Source of the DNA: Salisapilia sapeloensis CBS 127946
Taxonomy: Eukaryota > Protista > Oomycota
Assembly (NCBI GenBank): GCA_023334545.1
Contig: JAADVB010000032.1
Coordinates: forward strand, 1-64,000
DNA length: 64,000 bases
Direction: 5' to 3'
The notes beneath the pieces were generated by a model that was not told where the DNA came from, did no database searches, and saw nothing but the letters and a program-made list of their open reading frames with translations. Of the stretch, positions 41,347 through 50,803 are shown in pieces; the stretch's first letter is position 1; every line of letters starts with the position of its first letter. The position numbers were made by a program, and so were the translations under genes.

Positions 41347-42957
41347 TTACAACGCTTTCTCTGTACTGCTCTGCTCTTCCAAAGAAGAGGCCAATTCATG
41401 TACTTGCTGATTCGCAAGACTTTGCAGTCGATGTATCTCCGCTTGCGTTGGTACTAGATTTAGATCCCCTTTCCTTTTCGCTTTCATCTCCGAGAGCCTG
41501 TTGAATGCATCAGCTACGTTTCGAGCTCGTTGAGCAACAGCAATCTCTTTCGGCTCGACGCTACTTCTAGATCGAGCTCGTTTGCATCCGACCCAAGGTT
41601 TCCTCTCAGTCAGCTTTGCCACCGAACTGCCTGCCTGCTGCTCACTTGCTGTCTCCCCCTGCTTTACGAGAACAGCTTGATCACCTTCAAGAGCCCCATC
41701 TTTTCGCCGACGTCGCTGTCGCTCACGTATTAAAGATAAAATATAGTTCGGTTTGTTATCCAACGGTGTCCCTCGCACCGTATGACCTGTCAAAACTTCA
41801 AAGGCGGTCTGGAGCTCTGCCAGACTAAAACCATTGAGCAAGATTTTGAGCTGGTGATCCCGAATAATGCTCGATGAAACCATGTTAATTACTTCCCTCG
41901 CACGTTTCTGAATGCGAACTGGTTTGCTCCGTGGAGGTGTCCCTCGCCCTGCATGACTGCTTCCAGCAGGCAACTTGGCTGTGTATATTAGAGAACATTG
42001 GACATGATCTTTCGACATGGGATGGTTGTGGTTTGCATCGATAGTATGAATGATCCACCACCCGTTCTGTTGCAGCTCCAATCGCTGAGCGAATGGACAG
42101 AGCTGTTGGGCGCGAGGAGGCGCTTCAAGCGTGTTGTCAGGCACAGAAAACTCACAGGCCATAGTAACACCCACGAGACGTTTGCTGTCATCAAACGTTC
42201 GTTCTCGCACAACGACTTGATGACCGGCAGACCGAGCCCAGCTTTCTAAATTTCGGAAAGCATCGACATATTGTGGGTACGTGACAATTCTCCCAGTCGC
42301 GTCTCGGACTCTTTTCGGCTTGGAAGGAGACTGTTGTCCTGGTTTGGTGCCAGATCCATCGCGACCAGCTGCAGAACGTACAATGCCCATAGCAGCACAT
42401 CCACGAGGGCGAGCATGGCTTTTACCAGTACTTCGAAACACGGGTAGGTTCTGATCACGAGACATCACACCAGGCGTTTGGTGAGAGAAATCATAATGAT
42501 CTCCAGTCTTGGGCATAAATCCCTCGGTCGAGTATGATGTGACTGGTGTTCGTCCAGCTCGTGCACTCGGTGCATTAGACTGGTTTAAGATGGATTCGCT
42601 GGGGATAGAAACGGGTGCAGATACACCTGACGTAGTTAGGAAAGGATTTGTTTGAAGGTTAAACGCCCGGAAGGGTGTCTGGTAGTTTTTCGAGCTTTTC
42701 GACTCGATTGATACCGACGACTTTCCACTCGAATATGACTTATCTGTCGAAGCTGCCATGGAATGAACATTTTCCTGAGCGCTTTGATCCTGTTCCATGC
42801 TCTTCAGTATAGTATTCCGAGAATAGAGTAGGGAGGGATGCGCTTTTAACTCCATTACTGACTGGTCATCTCGATGAGCTCGATCCGAGTAAAATGGACT
42901 TTCAGACGGATTGTTCATTCCATCAGACGTAGATGTCTTCCCCACTTGATTCTGCAT
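41347..42957 (-). CDS. Putative transcription factor with a FAR1/WRKY-GCM1-like Zn-binding DNA-binding domain
   Basis: AFRNLESWARSAGHQVVV...MACEFS...CPFAQRL...WWII...NHNHPM at about 42280-42010. No downstream transposase DDE or SWIM domain. Start uncertain: 42957 preferred, because the 43164 ATG lies 5 bp from the XPOT ATG. Confidence 0.6.
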   Translation of the reverse strand: MQNQVGKTSTSDGMNNPSESPFYSDRAHRDDQSVMELKAHPSLLYSRNTILKSMEQDQSAQENVHSMAASTDKSYSSGKSSVSIESKSSKNYQTPFRAFNLQTNPFLTTSGVSAPVSIPSESILNQSNAPSARAGRTPVTSYSTEGFMPKTGDHYDFSHQTPGVMSRDQNLPVFRSTGKSHARPRGCAAMGIVRSAAGRDGSGTKPGQQSPSKPKRVRDATGRIVTYPQYVDAFRNLESWARSAGHQVVVRERTFDDSKRLVGVTMACEFSVPDNTLEAPPRAQQLCPFAQRLELQQNGWWIIHTIDANHNHPMSKDHVQCSLIYTAKLPAGSSHAGRGTPPRSKPVRIQKRAREVINMVSSSIIRDHQLKILLNGFSLAELQTAFEVLTGHTVRGTPLDNKPNYILSLIRERQRRRRKDGALEGDQAVLVKQGETASEQQAGSSVAKLTERKPWVGCKRARSRSSVEPKEIAVAQRARNVADAFNRLSEMKAKRKGDLNLVPTQAEIHRLQSLANQQVHELASSLEEQSSTEKAL

Positions 42958-43169
42958 CGCGACACACAACCTTATCGTACGTAGTTTGACAGTAGAGACG
43001 AAGGAGAGAGGCACCAGTCGCTGCGTAATTGAGTCGAGAAATGGTCGAGCGGACGTAATCTTCGTATCACAAAATTGCATTGACTTGAGCGCTTTACCAT
43101 AGTATTCCGAAATAAACATCCTGACAACATCTTTGGACAAAACGCATCGAGTCGAAATACCCATAGAGC

Positions 43170-46100
43170 ATGAAGGAGGACGTTTCGCAGCTGGAGCAGG
43201 CAGTGCTGTGTGCATTCCAGTACGCTGGTGCGCAGGAAGCCTCCCAACAGGCAGTTGGCCGAGATGCCGAACAGTTCTGTCGTAACGTCCAGCAGCAGCC
43301 GAATGGAGCCCAGCTTGCGCTCACCTTACTCGAGACCTCGACCTACGATCAGGCCAAGTTCTTCGCGTTGCAGACACTGCAAGAGCGTCTAATGTACAAC
43401 TCTCCATATGCAACTAGTGATGCTGCAGTCAACATCCGGTCTAGAGTCATGGAATGGCTCCAAAAGCAGCTTCCTACACTGGATGCTCAGCCCTCCTTTC
43501 TAAAGACGAAAGAAGCGGTCGTGCTCACTCGACTCATTCGTCGAGACTACCCTCAAGCATGGCCACAAGCATTCTCAGACCTGCTTTCACTCATACCTGC
43601 AGGTGGTAGCTCCATGGTCGAGCTCTACTTCCGAGTACTCATCGCCATTCATGAAGAAATCGTCGAGTACAATGAACAGCGAGGCCAAGACCAGGCAGCA
43701 CGTAACATGCAGATCAAGGACGCTATGCGTGAATCTACCTGCATGCAAGAGACCTTTGACACCATTTACAATGTCCTTTGCAATTGGAAATCGAGTGACA
43801 CGATGGCCGAACTGAGCTCCAGTGCTCTTGAAACGCTGAAGTGTTACATTAGTTGGGTGGACCTCGGTCTTGTCGTCAATGATAAATTGCTACCACTTCT
43901 CTTTGACATTCTGAAACAGGACGACGGCCAATTACGCTGTCTAGCTGCTAATTGCATGTTTGAGATCGTGGATAAAGGCATGAGTGCGGAGAAAAAAGTA
44001 TTATTAATTCGAGACCTGCAGATATTGCCGCTCTTACCTTCGCTCCTAGCACAGGACGATGATGATTTTTCTGAAGAGTTAGGTGAAATCGTCAATGCCA
44101 TTGGGCTGGAGCTCGTTCAAGCGATCGATCACTTCCGTAACACCAACCAGCCAGAGCTTTTGGACGCTTCGAGGGATATGCTGACAGTCTTGATGCCTCT
44201 TGTCTGGCGCATCTTTTCTCACGAGAACAAGGATGTGTCGGAAGAAGTGTTTGAGATTGTGGATGCCATTGGCACATTAATCCGATCGGAGAACAGCATG
44301 TCTCCGGATGACCCTTCTTTAGCTAGATTCAGTGCAATGCAGTACCTACCTCAGATCCTTCACGGCATCTACCGACAAACACGATATCCGGAGGAAGATG
44401 CTGGATCAGACGAAGCTGAGTTCGAGTCCTATCGGCGTAGTCTGTACAAGATTTTCGTCAACTTGTCACGTGTTCGGCCAAACGATCTGCTTACATTCCT
44501 CACAAACCTCGGTCAGGAGGTCCTGTCGAACTTTGATCAGTGGAGCGCGAGGGACTTGGAGTCGTACCTTTCTCTCGTCTTTAAATTTAAAGAAGGTCTA
44601 TCCGCTCTCAAGGGTAATGCCAACGTGTATGAAGAACCGAATGGCGAGTTGTACCGAATGGTCGCAAGCATTCACACGAAGATGATCGAGACATGCGCGT
44701 CTAAGGTCCTCCATTCGTCTGTACTGCTCACCTACTATGACCTGGCTGTCCGCTACGCTCGCGTCTTGCAGCATAACACAGAGCTAGTACCTGGTTTACT
44801 GAATCTGATGTTTGGCAACAACGGACTAGTACATTCAGACGCTCACGTACGATCAAGAGTGTGCTACTTGTGCCTCCGGCTCGTAAAGACAGTCGGTAGT
44901 AGTGCCATTCATCCGCACGTGAACATCCTTCTTCAGTCATTACAGCCACGATTGAGTATCCCGGAAGACATGTCTGTCGCAGGCATCGCCGAGCGTCGAG
45001 CCCAAGACCCGTACTTCCTCCCATTTGACGACCAGCTCTATCTCTTTGAACTAGCTGGTCAAGTCGTCACGTCCGTCGTTCCGAATAACAATATCGAAGG
45101 ACAGTCCACGTCGGAGATGATGGAGCTCAAGTACCACTATACGAAAGCAGTGCTAGAACCTTTGTTACATGCTCTCGAGACGAGTGTGACGGCAGTGAAC
45201 AATGGCAACGCTTCCATGGACATTGTTGTCGCGCGTGTCACTTGTATCCTGAGCGCTACTGCCCACGTGATGAAAGCGTTTAAAACGACCACGACGATAA
45301 ATCATCAACAGGAGCTGTTCACACAAGTACTCACCGCCACGAGCTTTGTGACACGCGTGTTTGCAGCCTACGCGAGTGTACGCTCCAAGGCGGTTTTCAT
45401 GCTCCATAGGCTGATCCCAGTTTTGGAGAATGATCAGCTACTGGCCAATGTCCCCGACACGCTGCGTCATCTCATGGTGCAATGCGAGAGTGGAGACGTC
45501 GTGGAAGTTGTCCAGCTTCTCGATCAACTTATCCTCAAGCACAAGCAAGATCTCTTTCCTTTCTTTGATGAAGTCGCGGTGCCGTTCATCCAACGACTGT
45601 ATGCTCTTCTTCCGTCTTCCACTGTCTCGACGCAGAGTGAAACGAAGGACGCAGCGTTGCTCGAACGAGAGAGTATTCAAAAGTACATGTTTGCCTTCCT
45701 CCATCATCTCGTGACACATCAATTGGATCGAGTGCTCGTGAGTGAACGCAACGGAGGGCAGTTGGAAAGTCTACTGCGATTGACGTTGGACGGATGCACG
45801 AACGTCGCGGAGCCAACGGTCAATCGAGGCTGCTTCTCCATTGCCCACGAACTCGTTGCGAGGTGGGTGCTTGGAGCAAATGACGGATCGACACAGGTGC
45901 TAAGTGGTATTGCTGGTGGCGAGAGTCCACTCCCGGAAGCTTCACGTCAACAGTTTTTGCAAATGGTCGTCCAAGACTTTACTGCCGCAGCCTTCACCTT
46001 GTCCAAGTGTCGCCACTTCCAGACATACGACGCACAGTGTGGGCAAACGATCAAGGACATTGCCATTATGATGCTCGTGCTTACGCAAGCCATGGGAGAC

Positions 46101-46244
46101 GAGTATCTTCGCTATGTCCAGCAAGGCGTCTTGCCTAGCGTAGGCTGCAGTCCCGAAGCGGCGACGACCTTTGCCGATAGCTTGCGATCGGGAGACCGGA
46201 AGATCGTGATGGACGCGTACAAGTGGGTCGTCCAACAGTTCTGA
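43170..46244 (+). CDS. XPOT: Exportin-T (tRNA exportin, Los1/PAUSED)
   Basis: 1,024-aa HEAT-repeat karyopherin: AEQFC, QAKFFALQTL, FLKTKEAVVLTRLIRRDYPQAWP.AF, FRVLIAIHEEI, IKDAMRE, YISWVDLGLVVN, HVRSRVCYL..RLVK. Confidence 0.85.
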   Translation: MKEDVSQLEQAVLCAFQYAGAQEASQQAVGRDAEQFCRNVQQQPNGAQLALTLLETSTYDQAKFFALQTLQERLMYNSPYATSDAAVNIRSRVMEWLQKQLPTLDAQPSFLKTKEAVVLTRLIRRDYPQAWPQAFSDLLSLIPAGGSSMVELYFRVLIAIHEEIVEYNEQRGQDQAARNMQIKDAMRESTCMQETFDTIYNVLCNWKSSDTMAELSSSALETLKCYISWVDLGLVVNDKLLPLLFDILKQDDGQLRCLAANCMFEIVDKGMSAEKKVLLIRDLQILPLLPSLLAQDDDDFSEELGEIVNAIGLELVQAIDHFRNTNQPELLDASRDMLTVLMPLVWRIFSHENKDVSEEVFEIVDAIGTLIRSENSMSPDDPSLARFSAMQYLPQILHGIYRQTRYPEEDAGSDEAEFESYRRSLYKIFVNLSRVRPNDLLTFLTNLGQEVLSNFDQWSARDLESYLSLVFKFKEGLSALKGNANVYEEPNGELYRMVASIHTKMIETCASKVLHSSVLLTYYDLAVRYARVLQHNTELVPGLLNLMFGNNGLVHSDAHVRSRVCYLCLRLVKTVGSSAIHPHVNILLQSLQPRLSIPEDMSVAGIAERRAQDPYFLPFDDQLYLFELAGQVVTSVVPNNNIEGQSTSEMMELKYHYTKAVLEPLLHALETSVTAVNNGNASMDIVVARVTCILSATAHVMKAFKTTTTINHQQELFTQVLTATSFVTRVFAAYASVRSKAVFMLHRLIPVLENDQLLANVPDTLRHLMVQCESGDVVEVVQLLDQLILKHKQDLFPFFDEVAVPFIQRLYALLPSSTVSTQSETKDAALLERESIQKYMFAFLHHLVTHQLDRVLVSERNGGQLESLLRLTLDGCTNVAEPTVNRGCFSIAHELVARWVLGANDGSTQVLSGIAGGESPLPEASRQQFLQMVVQDFTAAAFTLSKCRHFQTYDAQCGQTIKDIAIMMLVLTQAMGDEYLRYVQQGVLPSVGCSPEAATTFADSLRSGDRKIVMDAYKWVVQQF

Positions 46245-46481
46245 CTGGATTAGGTAGTATCGTAGGAAAGAGATGGGTTTAGTTAAATGCGAACAAGTTT
46301 TTGGAGCAGTACATGCAAGCAAGTTCCTTGGCTGTAGACGTGTACGCTAGATATAAGGAATCAAAGGAAGAGATGGAACACTTACTGTATAGAATTTTAA
46401 GTCGTATGCTACTTTATTCTTAAACGCATAATTGTCTTTGATGAGACGTCTTGCGGATGGCGTCGATCGAAAAGAAGTTTG

Positions 46482-47966
46482 CTACGGACTACATTGACTC
46501 TGCACTGCCGCCATGACGCCACCTAGACAATTGCAGTAAGACTGTTCATAAATCGACATGGCCATCTCTGGAGTAAATTGCTTGTCGGAAGGTATGGATT
46601 CGTCTTGAGCCCATTCCGACGTCTCTGGCTCGATACGGACACATGATTGGATTAACAACTTGTTGGCCGGGTCTTCGGGAGAAGGCTCCAAGCAGATTCT
46701 ATCAACACATTGTTATTCACGTAGGTGCATTACGGATACAGATTGTACGTACAATGTGCGATCACGAACGGGAATCGGCGTTGGGTCATGCTCAGATGTA
46801 AAGTATTTTGATAACGTTTCCATGGCAACCCAGGCACGTCCTTCATCCGCAACGCAGCGAACGACAAGATAACCCGTCAGCTTGTCTCTGTGTCTGCCCT
46901 GTCCGAACATGTCCGTGCCACAAAGCGTCATTGGATCCTCCATTTCGCGCAAGTCCTACCACCAAGTCGTTCAAGACGATTCCGTCAATAGAAAATATGA
47001 GCAACGTACTCTGTGGTACCCATGCTCTTCTTCATAGATATCCACCGCCTGCAGTTGCTTCCACCCCAAATGCACGAACTGCTGCAATGAACAATTTAGT
47101 TCGCAGCTTTCGATGACTTGTGCCTGCTCAGCGTGCCTAATACCATCTCGACTCATCTGAGATGTCAGCGTCCGATTAATTCGACCATCAGTAGCGCTAA
47201 ACTGCTGAAACACTTGCCAAATGTTGTCTTTGCAATGGATTAAGTCCGATAGTCGAGACTGCAGAAGCGTGAACGTGTCTTTTGGCATCGGCATGCGGTA
47301 GGAAGAAGGACTCACAGGTGGCGTCGAGACAAGCGAGTTTCGGAGTGAAGCGATGTTGTCTTGTGTTTGCGCAACTAAACGCCGGAGTTTCGTGTTCTCT
47401 TCCACTGCTCGAAGTCGTAGCTGACGTTCGTAGGTTGCAGCACGTTTCCATGGAGAAATTTCCGAGGTCGCATGGCGACGATAGAGGATCTGAAGGTCAC
47501 GCTTCAAAGCAGTGTGCTCCAGTTCGAGCTTTCGCAATTCATCCTTTTCACGAAGCTTTCGTTTGGGAGAATTCGACTCCTGGACTTGGGAATGGTCCGT
47601 AGTCTTGTGCTTAAATGAAACCTCCGGCAAGTCTCCTGTAAGTCCCGTTGTCTTGTCTGTTTGATGATTGTACGCATCACCATTCAATGTGAACGATGGC
47701 ACGGACGCCACTGACGCACGTACAGGGACCTAGTATTGGATGTTCATCAGTATCAATCTTTCATCCATTCGTGTTGACGCATACGGTGCGACTAGATTGT
47801 CGATATGTAAGAGACGACGCACCAGTGGATTGGGGATACTTTGTAGCTCACTTTGCGAACAGGCTTGACTAGTAGCGACCGCGGATAGTAGGCTGGAGAT
47901 TTCATCATCCGAAAGCTCCGGCATACCGCTTGTTTCCATGTCACTTTCATATGCAGTAGAAGTCAT
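46482..47966 (-). CDS. M96 mating-specific-like (bZIP-like + START-like) protein, paralog A, multi-exon
   Basis: Exon 1 MTSTAYESDMET... splices in phase 0 into the 47711 ORF; KRKLREKDELRKLELE...WKRAATYERQLRLRAVEENTKLR. Downstream exons (VAMETLSKYF; CLEPSPEDPANKLLIQSCVRIEP) align by eye with paralog B. 3' end approximate. Confidence 0.65.
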
Positions 47967-49347
47967 CTGTCGATCGTTCTCAGGAGAACTGTGTAGGAAT
48001 TAGGAGCAAGTTGATCTGCAGGTACGAAACTCGCTGCTCCTCTGACACCATGATGCGTGGATTGGTTCATGTAGACAGTGTACGATACTCTTGTAGACAG
48101 GATATCCGGCTGTTTTTGCTTGAACGATCGGCACGTGCAGCGATTCCTCGTGTCAGTTCTACCCATCAGACCACTACCTTCCGGATTTGCGGATGGGCAA
48201 TGATAACGTTAGAAGTGGAGGACCAAATGTCAAAAAGTGCGCCTCCATTCCTGCAGCGAAAGCGCCACTGACAAGGTTCTGCTTTCAGTTCAGCATGCGT
48301 TTTGGCTTTCGCAAGTACTTGAGACAAACAAGGATTTCGAACTATAGTCTAGCTAAATGTTGTTTTTGGCAAAATTGATTTGCTCGAAGCGACCATCAAA
48401 GTATTTAAAGCAAATACTTTTTATTTGATCTTCAATTTAGACATACATTTATTAGTTTCTCGCTGTCAGAAGTGCAATCGGGTGGATCCAAACGAGCTTA
48501 CATCAACGATCTAGTCGAGAAGCAGTAACAATGCGATTCAAAGCGTGACTTGAAAGAAGTGCGTTTATCTCTCTACTCTAGCAACGACTGCACGACATTT
48601 TCATGAGCCGAGTGCCGTGCAGTCACACTGGACGTTAAACCGAATCGTAGCCTCCCACTTTCACATGACTTGGTAGCGTTGGTCATACATATCAGGTTAC
48701 CAAACAATTACATGGAACTTCAAGGTGTGGAACTGGCGACATCGTCGATAGATACATGCAATATCTGGTCTGCTCTCGATCGTACTGGAAAATATGGAGA
48801 ACACCACATGAGTCACCTGCCATTAAACCAAATGAATTGATTAACGCCTTGCTTCCCTGCATCGGCAAGTGTACCTTCATAGAAATAAAAACATTGCGCA
48901 TATCCTTCTGTCTTTTGAATTTTATTGAGAGGCAATACGTGCGAAAAGGTCTTGCCATGCGATGGCTCCTATACCGACATCTCTGAAACTTTTGACCCAC
49001 CTCAAGAGTCGACGGTACAGAGCAAGATTATTTGAGATATACTACCTTTTAACGTAAGCATGCATAGAGTACTTCAGCTATAAAACGTTTCCTAGCGCCA
49101 TATAAACATTTGCCTGCTCTCGGTATAAAAGCCAGCTACACTGATCGTGAGCGATTTGTAGCTGTCAATCGAAAAGATACCTACTCATCGCGTCCTCGCT
49201 GCTCGCCCTTGTCCCAATTGCTACAAGTATCACGAAGTGTCAGATACAGAATAAAAAAGGAGCGAATGGGGAAGTCGAAAGGGAATTACTTTGGATCAGC
49301 TATTACGAGCTCGCTCCCAATCTTACCCATTTACGAATTTACCGACG

Positions 49348-50695
49348 ATGAACGTCCAAGCATATAATTCCCATTCGTCCGGACAAAATGAAAATGTGTT
49401 CCTCTTGTCCGAAGATGAAACGCACTACCTCATGTACCAATTCGACGAAGAGCCATGCGTGACACCACCATCAAGTATATTCAAGGTACGTTCTTGTACA
49501 TTTTCCAAGCATGCCCACTAGCATACTCACCGACTATTCCCGCCTGTAGAACTTTGAATTTACTTCCGAGCCGGTTTGGGAACGGTCTCCATCTACGACA
49601 TACACTTCATCGCCAGCATCCAGTGATACGGCGTTGAGCACTTCAAAGAAGAAAAAGGTTCGCACACAGTCCAAGAAGAGCGGTACACAATTGCAACGAG
49701 CAGAAATCATTCGCTTGCGTCAGACTGCGAGTGAACTCGAAACCCAACTTTCGTCGCTTCAGTCTCGCCAGACCATTGAGGTAAGCACACAGGACGGATG
49801 GAAGCGAGTGGCAAATAAGCTCAGTCTCGAGCGAAGTCAATCAATTTTACAGAACAAGAAGCTGCGCGAGCAAGTTCGCGAGAACCGACAAGCGCTCGCC
49901 CAGCTCCAGGCATCGATTGAAAAGTCGTCCACTAAAGCCAAGGCTGCGGCGATGGCGAATCGGCCGCGAGCTGCCATACCAGTCGTCTCTTCTGTCGATG
50001 TTTCGTATCGGGAGCTCATGGTGGGTGTGGACGCCAACTGTCGACGAGTGCAAATGATTTACGGCCAAGCCAAGAATATTTTGCAGTCTCAACCATTCGT
50101 ATTGACACAAGAGCGAGATGCATCCCGAGCGCTGAAGAGCGTGACGGTGTCTGATTCCTTTGAGCTTCCGCGAAATATGAACCATGTGAGGAACAGTCTA
50201 CTGACGTTTATGCGTGACATGTTGCATGCGTGGGAAGAGAGCACTGGTTACCATCGAAACGTATGCCAGCAAATTTCCCAAGACTCTGTCTTCTGGAGTG
50301 CAAAGATGCAACTGGAACGGTCACCTTGTCAACTCAAGTCCGACGTCGCATACCGCGTGTTGCCTCTTAAAGATGACGTCGTGGCACTTGTGCTCGACAC
50401 GGCAACTGAATTCTACATTGAAGGCGAGGACCGGACTCTGATGATTCGATCCCAAGCTTACATCTTCTACGAGCCTTTGCCAAGTGACCCAGACAACAAG
50501 ATTCGAGTCAGCGTCCACATTCGCATGCGTCCAGATCCGAATATGCCGGCAGAAGCGCAGCAGGTGATCAAGAACGGATTCACTACCGACCTCGTCCTTT
50601 TCAAGTTTGACAACATGTATGTACCGCGGCTCAAGGGCTTTGGAGATGGGTCCTATCTACGTACTGATACGACTCCAGCCCAAGTTTCCGTATGA
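49348..50695 (+). CDS. M96 mating-specific-like (bZIP-like + START-like) protein, paralog B, two exons
   Basis: Exon 1 49348-49485, intron 49486-49549, exon 2 in frame. QRAEIIRLRQTASELETQL...WKRVANKLSLERSQSILQNKKLREQV, followed by an alpha/beta domain. Confidence 0.75.
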
Positions 50696-50803
50696 AGCAA
50701 GTAGTTGTTTTATTTCAGAAAAAAATTCAATGCGTGTAAGCTCTTTTGCTTGGAGCCCGTCTTAACGTTAGGCTATCCTACGATGTGTTCGACTAGGTTC
50801 TAG

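Noticed and set aside
43162-43172. Divergent ATGs only 5 bp apart (43164 on -, 43170 on +)
   Set aside because: Leaves no room for promoters; the - strand gene more plausibly starts at 42957.
48187-49300. Short ORFs in the spacer between the M96-like genes (e.g. 48692-49000, 48756-48986)
   Set aside because: Short, overlapping on both strands, no motifs; treated as non-coding.
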